Shown here piece by piece: positions 50,828 to 58,941 of a stretch of DNA of 64,000 nucleotides. Below the pieces are notes generated by a model. It worked only from the letters and a program-made list of their open reading frames with translations. It made no database searches and was not told where the DNA came from. The stretch comes from Sarcina sp. (GTDB lineage: Bacteria > Bacillota > Clostridia > Clostridiales > Clostridiaceae), in contig JBOGCE010000009.1 in assembly GCA_051656585.1 (NCBI GenBank), forward strand, positions 49,020 through 113,019, in the 5' to 3' direction. Position 1 is the first letter of the stretch. The number at the start of each line of letters is the position of its first letter. Position numbers and translations under genes: made by a program.

Positions 50828-52042
50828 ATGGAAAAAATTCAATGGAAAGCTAACACTATGAAACCTGGTGATAAAGAAGCTTCTATTTCTTTTTTAAGTA
50901 AAAAAGAGGTTAGTAAAGCTAGAAGATTTCACGAAAGTATAGATGGATACAAAGAAACACCTTTAGTTAAGTTAGATAACTTAGCAAAACATATAGGGAT
51001 TAAAGGATTATATGTTAAAGATGAATCATATAGATTTGGATTAAATGCTTTTAAAGTTCTTGGAGGATCATATTCAATGGGTAGATACCTTGCTATGAAA
51101 CTTGGAAAAGAAAATGAAGAAGTTTTATATCCAGAAATAGTATCAAAAGAAACAAAAGTAAAACTAGGTGATGTTACTTTCTATACAGCTACAGATGGTA
51201 ACCATGGAAGAGGAGTTGCTTGGACTGCAAATAAATTAAATCAAAAATCAGTAGTTTTAATGCCAAAAGGTTCTTCACTTACAAGACTTAATAACATTAA
51301 AGCAGAAGGTGCTGATGCTTCAATCACTGACTTAAATTATGATGATGCAGTAAGATTAGCAGCTAAACAAGCTGACGAAAACAATGGAGTAATGGTTCAA
51401 GATACAGCATGGGAAGGATATGTAGATATTCCAACTCATATTATGCAAGGTTACGGAACAATGGCTTTAGAAGCTATGGACCAACTTGAAGGATATGGAG
51501 TAAAAAGACCAACTCACATATTTATACAAGCAGGAGTAGGTTCATTAGCAGGTGCTGTTCAGGGAGTATTTGCTAGTGAATTTGAGGAGTGTCCTATAAC
51601 AACAGTTGTAGAGGCAAATTTAGCTGATTGTTATTATAAATCAGCAGTAGCAAATGATGGAAAAGCAAGATTTGTTGGAGGAGATATGCAAACAGTAATG
51701 GCTGGACTTGCATGTGGAGAGCCAAATATTATAGGATTTGAAGTTCTTAAAAATTATGCTAAGTGCTTTATATCTGCACCTGACTGGGTATCAACAAAAG
51801 GAATGAGAATACTTGGAGCACCTGTAAAAGGTGATAATCAAGTTATATCAGGAGAATCAGGAGCTGTTACAACAGGGGTTGTTTTTGAAATAATGACAAA
51901 TCCTGCACTTGCTGATTTAAGAAAAGAGTTAAAACTTGATGAAAACTCAGAAGTACTTGTATTTAGTACAGAAGGAGATACAGACCCAGAGAAATATAAA
52001 GAGATAGTTTGGAACGGATTAATAACAGAGTACGATAAATAA
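50828..52042 (+). CDS. dpaL: Diaminopropionate ammonia-lyase (YgeX)
   Basis: KDESYRFGLNAFKVLG, ATDGNHGRG, VQDTAW, QAGVG, MAGLACGEP, SGESGA. Confidence 0.95.
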   Translation: MEKIQWKANTMKPGDKEASISFLSKKEVSKARRFHESIDGYKETPLVKLDNLAKHIGIKGLYVKDESYRFGLNAFKVLGGSYSMGRYLAMKLGKENEEVLYPEIVSKETKVKLGDVTFYTATDGNHGRGVAWTANKLNQKSVVLMPKGSSLTRLNNIKAEGADASITDLNYDDAVRLAAKQADENNGVMVQDTAWEGYVDIPTHIMQGYGTMALEAMDQLEGYGVKRPTHIFIQAGVGSLAGAVQGVFASEFEECPITTVVEANLADCYYKSAVANDGKARFVGGDMQTVMAGLACGEPNIIGFEVLKNYAKCFISAPDWVSTKGMRILGAPVKGDNQVISGESGAVTTGVVFEIMTNPALADLRKELKLDENSEVLVFSTEGDTDPEKYKEIVWNGLITEYDK

Positions 52043-52104
52043 TTTTAATTTAAACGAATTTTAAAAATGTAATTTTAGAATAAGATTTTTGGAGGCGGAA
52101 AGTT

Positions 52105-53292
52105 ATGTTAAATCAAAAAAGAAAAGATGAAGTAGTAGATATTTGTAGAGAATTAATTAGTCATTATAGTCTTTCAGGTCAAGAAGATGGTGTTGTTAAG
52201 TCAATGAAAGCTAGATTTGAAAAAATGGGATTTGATGATGTTCAAGTAGATAAATATGGTAATGTAATAGGACATATCAAAGGAAATAAACCAGGTAAAA
52301 AAATATTATTAGATGGTCATATTGATGTAGTACCAGTTCCTGATAAAACAAAATGGTCACATGATCCATTTGCTGGAGAAATAGTAGATGGAAAAATATA
52401 TGGAAGAGGAACATCTGATATGAAAGGTCAAGTAAGTGCTATGCTTGCAGCTGCAGCTTACTTTGCTGAAGACACAAAAAAAGATTTCGCTGGAGATATA
52501 TATGTAGCTGGTGTTTGTGAAGAAGAATTATTTGAAGGTGTAACAGCTAGAGAAATTAGTAAAAATATCAAACCTGACTATGTTGTAATCGGTGAAAGTT
52601 CAGAATTAAACTTAAAAATTGGACAAAGAGGTAGAGCAGAAGTTGTTGTTGAAACATATGGTAGACCAGCTCACTCAGCTAACCCAGAAAAAGGAATAAA
52701 TGCTGTTTATAAAATGTCTAAATTCATAGAAAGAATACAAGAAATTCAACCTGTAGTTCATCCAGAATTAGGAAAAGGAATACTTGTTTTAACAGATATT
52801 AAATCATCACCATATCCAGGTGCTTCAGTAGTTCCAGATTATTGTAAAGCAACTTTTGATAGAAGACTTGTAGTTGGAGAAACTCCAGAATCAGTTCTTG
52901 CACCAGTTCAAAAAATTGCTGAAGAATTAATGGCTGCTGATCCAGAAATGAAAATTAAAGTTTCATACTCACATGGTAAAGAAACTTGTTATACAGGAGA
53001 AACTGTAGAAGCTGAAAGATTCTTCCCAGCTTGGTTATACAATAAAGATGATGAGTTTGTACAACTTGCATTAAAAGGACTTAAATCAGCAGGAATAGAT
53101 CCAGAAATAACAGTTTACTCATTCTGTACAAATGGTTCACATTACGCAGGAGAAGCTGGAATTCAAACAATAGGATTTGGTCCATCAAGAGAAAACTTAG
53201 CTCACACAATAGATGAACATATAGAAGTAGCTCAATTACAAAAAGGTGTAGAAGGATATTACGGTATCTTAAAATCAGTTTATAACAAATAA
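52105..53292 (+). CDS. ygeY: YgeY family M20 hydrolase
   Basis: DGHID, GRGTSDMKG, EEL, GRPAHS, FCTNGSH, HTIDE motifs; directly follows dpaL. Confidence 0.88.
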   Translation: MLNQKRKDEVVDICRELISHYSLSGQEDGVVKSMKARFEKMGFDDVQVDKYGNVIGHIKGNKPGKKILLDGHIDVVPVPDKTKWSHDPFAGEIVDGKIYGRGTSDMKGQVSAMLAAAAYFAEDTKKDFAGDIYVAGVCEEELFEGVTAREISKNIKPDYVVIGESSELNLKIGQRGRAEVVVETYGRPAHSANPEKGINAVYKMSKFIERIQEIQPVVHPELGKGILVLTDIKSSPYPGASVVPDYCKATFDRRLVVGETPESVLAPVQKIAEELMAADPEMKIKVSYSHGKETCYTGETVEAERFFPAWLYNKDDEFVQLALKGLKSAGIDPEITVYSFCTNGSHYAGEAGIQTIGFGPSRENLAHTIDEHIEVAQLQKGVEGYYGILKSVYNK

Positions 53293-53309
53293 TTAGGAGA
53301 TGAATTTAT

Positions 53310-54896
53310 ATGAAAACATTAATCAAGCATGGATTAATAGTGGATGGTCTTTTAAATAAGCCATATAAATCAGAGCTTCTAATTGAAGATGGTAAAATAG
53401 CAAAAATTACCGAACTAATAGAAGATGAAGTTGATGAAATTATTGATGCTAAGGGCAGAGTTGTCTGCCCAGGCTTCATCGATACACATAGTCACTCAGA
53501 TTTAATGATGCTAGTAAATCCTTATAATGAAATTAAAATTAGACAAGGAATTACAACTGAAGTTTTAGGTCAAGATGGTATATCTATGGCTCCACTTCCA
53601 AAAGAATTTATAAGTCCTTGGAGAAAGAATATTGCTGGTCTAGATGGTGAAACAGATGATATAGATTGGGAATATGAAACAACAGATAATTATTTAAGTA
53701 TGATGGAAAAAGGTGGAGTAAGTATTAACGAAAGTTACTTAGTTCCACATGGAAATGTAAGAATGGAAGCTATGGGACTAGTTGATGAACCTGCTACTGA
53801 CGAACAAATCCAAAAAATGTGTGAAATTACTGAAAGAGAAATGTTAGCAGGAGCTTATGGTTTATCAAGTGGATTAATATATATTCCATGTGCATATTCA
53901 AAAACACAAGAATTAATAGAAATGTGTAAAGTAGTAGCTAAATATGATGGTGTATTCGTTGTTCACCAAAGAAGTGAAGCTGATACTATTGTAAGTTCTA
54001 TGGAAGAAATATTAAGAATAGGAAGAGAGTCTGGCGTTAAAATACATTTTTCACACTTTAAAGTTTGTGGAAAACAAAACTGGAAATACATTCCTGATAT
54101 GGAGAGATTACTTGATGAAGGTGAAAAACAAGGTCTTAAAATAAGTTATGACCAATATCCATATGCAGCAGGAAGCACAATGCTAGGTGTTATTCTTCCA
54201 CCATGGGCACATGATGGTGGAACAGACAAGTTAATGGAAAGATTAGCTGATGAAGAGTGTAGACGCAGAATGAAGGAAGATATGGCCAACGGTATACCAG
54301 GTTGGGATAATTTCGTTCAATTTGCAGGAATAGATCAAATATTAGTTACTAGTGTTAGAACAGAAAAAAATCAAGATGTTATAGGTAAAAGTCTTGAAGA
54401 GATAGGAAAAATGAGAGGAAAAGATCCTCTAGATGCAACATTTGATTTATTACATGATGAAGAAAATGCAGTAGGAATGGTTGATTTCTACGGATTAGAA
54501 GAACATGTAATTAAATTCTTATCAAGACCAGAACAAAATGTTTGTACAGATGGTCTTCTTGCTGGGAAACCACATCCAAGAGCTTATGGTTCATTCCCAA
54601 GAGTACTTGGAAGATATGTTAGAGAACAAAAAGTTCTTACTCTTGAGCAAGCTATTCATAAAATGACTAAAAAAGCAGCAGACGCTATGGCTATCAAAGA
54701 TAGAGGTAGCCTAGAAATTGGAAAAGCAGCAGATATAGTTATTTTTAATCAGGATACTGTAATAGACAAAGGTACATTTGTAGATTCAACACAATATCCT
54801 GAAGGAATAGATTTTGTTATGGTAAATGGTCAATTAGTACTTGAAGAGGGTGAATGTAGAAAAATTACACCAGGTAAAGTGCTAAGAAGAAAATAA
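53310..54896 (+). CDS. N-acyl-D-amino-acid deacylase-like amidohydrolase
   Basis: PGFIDTHSHSD, GQDGIS, HQRSE, DQYPY.AGST, HPRAYGSFPRVLG. Confidence 0.88.
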   Translation: MKTLIKHGLIVDGLLNKPYKSELLIEDGKIAKITELIEDEVDEIIDAKGRVVCPGFIDTHSHSDLMMLVNPYNEIKIRQGITTEVLGQDGISMAPLPKEFISPWRKNIAGLDGETDDIDWEYETTDNYLSMMEKGGVSINESYLVPHGNVRMEAMGLVDEPATDEQIQKMCEITEREMLAGAYGLSSGLIYIPCAYSKTQELIEMCKVVAKYDGVFVVHQRSEADTIVSSMEEILRIGRESGVKIHFSHFKVCGKQNWKYIPDMERLLDEGEKQGLKISYDQYPYAAGSTMLGVILPPWAHDGGTDKLMERLADEECRRRMKEDMANGIPGWDNFVQFAGIDQILVTSVRTEKNQDVIGKSLEEIGKMRGKDPLDATFDLLHDEENAVGMVDFYGLEEHVIKFLSRPEQNVCTDGLLAGKPHPRAYGSFPRVLGRYVREQKVLTLEQAIHKMTKKAADAMAIKDRGSLEIGKAADIVIFNQDTVIDKGTFVDSTQYPEGIDFVMVNGQLVLEEGECRKITPGKVLRRK

Positions 54897-54971
54897 TCAC
54901 AGTTATAGTTAGTTTGTTAATTTTTTAAAAATTAAAATATATATTCGTTGTAAAAATAGGAGGTACCAGTT

Positions 54972-56063
54972 ATGGCAAATTTAAAAGTTAATATATTAGG
55001 AATGGAATTTAGAAATCCAGTTATGACAGCAGCAGGTCCAGGAGCTAAAGATGCAGATTTAATTCTTAAAGCTGTAGAACTTGGTGTTGGAGGAATTTGT
55101 ACAAAAACAGTTTCAGAAAAAGCAGCAGATGTACCAAGACCATGTATGGCAAAAACAAATAGTGGTTTCTTAAACACTGAGTTATGGTCAGAGTTAACAG
55201 TTGAGCATTGGGTTAAAAATGAGTATCCAAGAATTAAGGCAGCTGGACTTCCAGTTATAGTTAGTATGGGATACACAGCAGATCAGATTGCTAAAGTTGC
55301 ACCACTTGTTAAACCTTATGCAGATGCAGTTGAACTTTCAACTCACTATGTTGGTACAGATGTACAACCTATCGTTGATGCTATGAAAGCAGCTAAAGCA
55401 GCTTTAGATTGTCCAGTATTTATGAAAATGAGTCCACATACAGATATTCACGTTATCGCTAAAGCTTTAGAAGATGCTGGTGCAGATGGACTTGTTATGA
55501 TTAACTCATTTGGACCTTGTATGGCAATTGATACTGAAACAGGACTTCCAATAATGGGTAGTAAAACAGGATATGGTTGGTTATCAGGTTCACCAATAAG
55601 ACCTCTTGCTATAAGAAACATATATGATGCTTCAAGAGCTATTAAAATTCCAATAATAGGTGTTGGAGGAGTTACTTGTGGTAGAGATGCAGCAGAAATG
55701 ATGATGGCTGGAGCTTCAGCAGTACAAGTTTGTACAGAAGCTATCTTAAAAGGACCAGGAATTTATAAAAAAATTGCTGATGAGTTAAATGAATTCTTAG
55801 ATTCACATGGATATAAAGATGTAAATGAAATTGTAGGTTTAGCTCATAAAATGGATTCACAAAGAACATTTAAAACAGAAAAAAGAGAAATACCTACAAT
55901 AGATCATGATAAATGTATTAAATGTAAAATTTGTATAACAAGTTGCGTATATGATGCAATTTCAATAACAGATAAATTAGAAATAGATGCAGATAAATGT
56001 TTCGAATGTGGTTTATGTGTTACAAGATGCCCAAAAAGCGCTTTAGAGCTTCCTTACAAATAG
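54972..56063 (+). CDS. DHODH/dihydropyrimidine-dehydrogenase-fold FMN protein with C-terminal 2x[4Fe-4S] ferredoxin domain
   Basis: AAGP, KTV, KMSP, INS, GWLSG, IIGVGG, AGASAVQ; CIKCKICITSC and CFECGLCVTRCP. Confidence 0.85.
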   Translation: MANLKVNILGMEFRNPVMTAAGPGAKDADLILKAVELGVGGICTKTVSEKAADVPRPCMAKTNSGFLNTELWSELTVEHWVKNEYPRIKAAGLPVIVSMGYTADQIAKVAPLVKPYADAVELSTHYVGTDVQPIVDAMKAAKAALDCPVFMKMSPHTDIHVIAKALEDAGADGLVMINSFGPCMAIDTETGLPIMGSKTGYGWLSGSPIRPLAIRNIYDASRAIKIPIIGVGGVTCGRDAAEMMMAGASAVQVCTEAILKGPGIYKKIADELNEFLDSHGYKDVNEIVGLAHKMDSQRTFKTEKREIPTIDHDKCIKCKICITSCVYDAISITDKLEIDADKCFECGLCVTRCPKSALELPYK

Positions 56064-56169
56064 GATGTTTTATATAAAATAAAAAATGATAGTAACGTTC
56101 TTTAAAAGCAAGCTTATAGCTTCCTTTTAAAGAATGTTTATTATAAATATTTCAATGGAGGAATTCGTA

Positions 56170-56553
56170 ATGAAAGATATAATAAATACAACAAAGGCAC
56201 CTGGAGCTATAGGACCTTATTCACAAGCTACAGGAGTAGGAAGATTAGTTTTCGTATCAGGACAACTTCCTATAGATATGGCTACTGGTGAATTAGTTAA
56301 CGAAATTAAAGGAGCAACTAAAGCATCATTAGATAATGTTAAAGCTATCTTAGAAGAAGCTGGAACATCAATGGATAATGTTTTAAAAACAACAGTTCTT
56401 TTAAAAGATATTAACGATTTTGCAGCAGTAAATGAAGTTTATGGACAATACTTTACTAAAGACTGTCCAGCAAGAGCTTGTTTCGCAGTAGGAAAACTTC
56501 CTAAAGATGCGTTAGTAGAAATCGAAGTTATTGCTTGTAGAGAAAAACACTAA
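56170..56553 (+). CDS. ridA: RidA family enamine/imine deaminase
   Basis: [32 protein letters not shown]. Confidence 0.93.
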   Translation: MKDIINTTKAPGAIGPYSQATGVGRLVFVSGQLPIDMATGELVNEIKGATKASLDNVKAILEEAGTSMDNVLKTTVLLKDINDFAAVNEVYGQYFTKDCPARACFAVGKLPKDALVEIEVIACREKH

Positions 56554-56620
56554 TTTTTATTTGAAATTAGACTTATTTTTAGATTACTTTTAACCTTATA
56601 ATTGTTAATCTTTTTATATG

Positions 56621-56934
56621 AAGGGAGGGACATACATTAGCCCTTTCTTGAAAGGGATACAACTAGTGTATGGGTGCACGTATGTGTGGTTTAGAAGAAA
56701 TTAAATTTAGTAGATATGGTAATTTTCTAATCTACCAGCATTTTTATCTGCAATTGCTGTAGTTGAAAAATAGCTGAAGATTAGGAAAGTTAATATCGAT
56801 TTCGGTATTGTGATTTAAAATTATTAAATTTTTAAATCAATATCATAGTTACTAAATAAAAGATACAATTTAAAGTTTTAAATCAAATACTGATTGAAGT
56901 ATATAAATGACTTTCCTAAAAATAATTTTAGGAG
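56621..56934 (+). ncRNA. Candidate structured cis-regulatory leader of the PnuC-like gene
   Basis: Mutually exclusive pairings 56723-56733/56779-56789, 56781-56790/56910-56919 and 56914-56921/56926-56933 (the last occludes the SD). Confidence 0.45.
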
Positions 56935-56943
56935 ATGGAATTT

Positions 56944-57771
56944 ATGTTTAATTGGTTTAAAAAATTTACACCGTTTCAAAAATGGTTTTTTTGTGTATTT
57001 TTAGTTGGAGCAATTGTGTCACTTTTTCTTCCGTTGGCAACGGGAGCTTCATGGGCAACTGTATTTGAATTTACAGCTGTGTTAGGAATATTATCTACAA
57101 TATCAGGAATATTAAACTCTATATATGTTTGTAGAGCAGAAATTATTTTATATTTTTGGTGGGGAGCAAACACAGTGTTTTTTGGAATACAATGTATACC
57201 AGAACATTTATATTCAACTTTTTTCTTAAATATAGTTATAGTTTTACCAATAATAGTTTGGGGATACTATAAATGGCGTAAAGATATTAAGAAAGCTCAA
57301 GAAATTGGAGAAATGAAAGAAGATGACACAGTACAAATAAGAAAATTTAATGCAAAACAATGGGTTTTAGCAGCTGTTATTTTTATAGTAGCATGGGCTG
57401 CTTATTGCGTATTCGCAATATACTTCCCAGATATTGTAGCTCTATTTGGAATAAAAATCCCTATGGATGCTAACTTTATTTTAGATTCTCTTATTGCAGT
57501 AGGAACAGCTTATGCAGTAATATTAACAGGTACTCGTAATGTAGAAAACTGGTATTTCTGGTTTATTGTTAACATTGTAGGTATAGGTTTATTCTTAGAT
57601 CAACTTATAAAATCAATAGTTGCTGGTAATATGAGTATCATGCAATTAGGTGGTGTAATTATGTATGTTCAATACTTAGTATCTAATATATATGGATATT
57701 GGTGTTGGCTTAATCTTAGAAAGAAACAAAAAGGCAAAGGTAAACAAGGCGATAAACAAGTTGCAGCTTAA
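56944..57771 (+). CDS. PnuC-family (nicotinamide riboside transporter-like) membrane transporter
   Basis: Trp-rich TM segments; LY...L, GYYKW, LDSL and ENWYFW motifs; ATG 56944 fits the AGGAG spacing. Confidence 0.8.
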   Translation: MFNWFKKFTPFQKWFFCVFLVGAIVSLFLPLATGASWATVFEFTAVLGILSTISGILNSIYVCRAEIILYFWWGANTVFFGIQCIPEHLYSTFFLNIVIVLPIIVWGYYKWRKDIKKAQEIGEMKEDDTVQIRKFNAKQWVLAAVIFIVAWAAYCVFAIYFPDIVALFGIKIPMDANFILDSLIAVGTAYAVILTGTRNVENWYFWFIVNIVGIGLFLDQLIKSIVAGNMSIMQLGGVIMYVQYLVSNIYGYWCWLNLRKKQKGKGKQGDKQVAA

Positions 57772-57778
57772 TAAAAAT

Positions 57779-57810
57779 TCTATAGTGTAATTTTAAAATT
57801 ACACTATAGA
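57779..57810. terminator. Perfect 32-bp palindrome after the PnuC-like gene (probable terminator)
   Basis: tctatagtgtaattttaaaattacactataga. Confidence 0.65.
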
Positions 57811-58061
57811 ATTAAAGATAACAATAAAAAAATAAGTTTTAATTTTATAAATTTTCATTTTAATTCTAAAATTTATAGCAAAGGGAGGGACTTGTCTTTG
57901 AGAATGTTCCGATCCTAAACCGCGTAATCTTTATTTGTTTTAGAAACAACTTATAGTTTTGAAATCATTTCTTGAAGTTATACAAGTAAATTATTAAAAT
58001 CTAAGTTTCTCATTTTTAAAAATAACGGTTTACCATCAGGAGTTGAAGACAGGGGTGCTAA

Positions 58062-58361
58062 ATGAGTGGTTTACATGAATTTGGAACAATAATAAATGCT
58101 ATAGGAGGAATTCTATTAGCATATGGATATTTACCACATATCTATGATCTTATCAAAACTAAGAAAAAAGGCTCTAACAGCTTACAATACTGGGTTATTA
58201 TGACCTTTGGTATTTTCTGTATATCTATAAATATGTTTATTCAAGGAATACCGTTAGTTCAACAAATTACACAAATATTTAACGTTGGATTAGCATTTAT
58301 TTCAACAGTAGTATTAATTTACTATATTGCAAAAGAGAAAAGAACTTTAGCGAATAAATAA
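58062..58361 (+). CDS. PQ-loop/SemiSWEET-like half-size transporter
   Basis: Three TM segments; YLPHIYDLIKTK...SLQYW. Confidence 0.8.
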   Translation: MSGLHEFGTIINAIGGILLAYGYLPHIYDLIKTKKKGSNSLQYWVIMTFGIFCISINMFIQGIPLVQQITQIFNVGLAFISTVVLIYYIAKEKRTLANK

Positions 58362-58391
58362 TATTTACTTAGATAGAAGGAGTTGAATATA

Positions 58392-58682
58392 ATGGGATTA
58401 GATACAATAGGTAATATCGCACAGTTTTTGGGAAGTGCAGTATTAGTTTATTCATACTTTCCACAAATATATAAATTGTTTAAAAGTAAAAATGCTAGTG
58501 GGATGAATCTTCAATTTTGGACTATACTTACTATAGGGTTAACTTGCATAGCAATAAACTTAAGTATTGTAGGTGTTCAATGGTTCATACAATTTACTCA
58601 ATGGTTTAACGTAATATTAGCATTTATTGTTTTAGTATTAAGTATTAAATATAAAGGCATGGCTAAAAGAGCTGCCAATTAA
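58392..58682 (+). CDS. PQ-loop/SemiSWEET-like half-size transporter (paralog)
   Basis: Three TM segments; YFPQIYKLFKSKNASGMNLQFW; ATG 58392 follows AAGGAG. Confidence 0.85.
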   Translation: MGLDTIGNIAQFLGSAVLVYSYFPQIYKLFKSKNASGMNLQFWTILTIGLTCIAINLSIVGVQWFIQFTQWFNVILAFIVLVLSIKYKGMAKRAAN

Positions 58683-58804
58683 TTTATAAATAAACTAGAT
58701 GAATTTAAATAAAATATTGATTTTATTTAATTAAAACATATAAAGTTTATTAATATTTATATGTTTTAAGATAAGAGGCATATTTAACCTCGTTATCTGT
58801 AAGG

Positions 58805-58850
58805 AAAAAATACTCAAACCTTAAGTTTTCTTAGGTTCGAGTATTTTTTC
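58805..58850. terminator. Intrinsic terminator after the PQ-loop pair
   Basis: aaaaaatactcaaacc..aag pairs with ctt..ggttcgagtatttttt. Confidence 0.7.
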
Positions 58851-58941
58851 TATAAAATAAGAGTAAATTAGATGAAATTTAAATTGATAGTTTTGGATGA
58901 TTTATGCCTTAGTTAAAAAGTCAAACAGGGAGATGAATGTT

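Noticed and set aside
56669-56761. Leader peptides in the PnuC leader (MGARMCGLEE..., or the GTG-start VYGCTYVWFRRN)
   Set aside because: RBS spacing is poor or ambiguous and there is no informative codon bias; RNA structure explains the region better.
56700-56765. Canonical purine (guanine/adenine) riboswitch upstream of the PnuC-like gene
   Set aside because: GATATGG and TCTACC are present, but P2 does not pair around the loop and the L3 CCGTAAA needed for the loop-loop contact is missing. Kept only as an unclassified structured leader.
57885-57930. TPP riboswitch upstream of the PQ-loop genes
   Set aside because: TGAGA, GATC and GCGTA fragments occur in order, but the ACCTGA segment and the P5 stem with its TAAT loop are absent.
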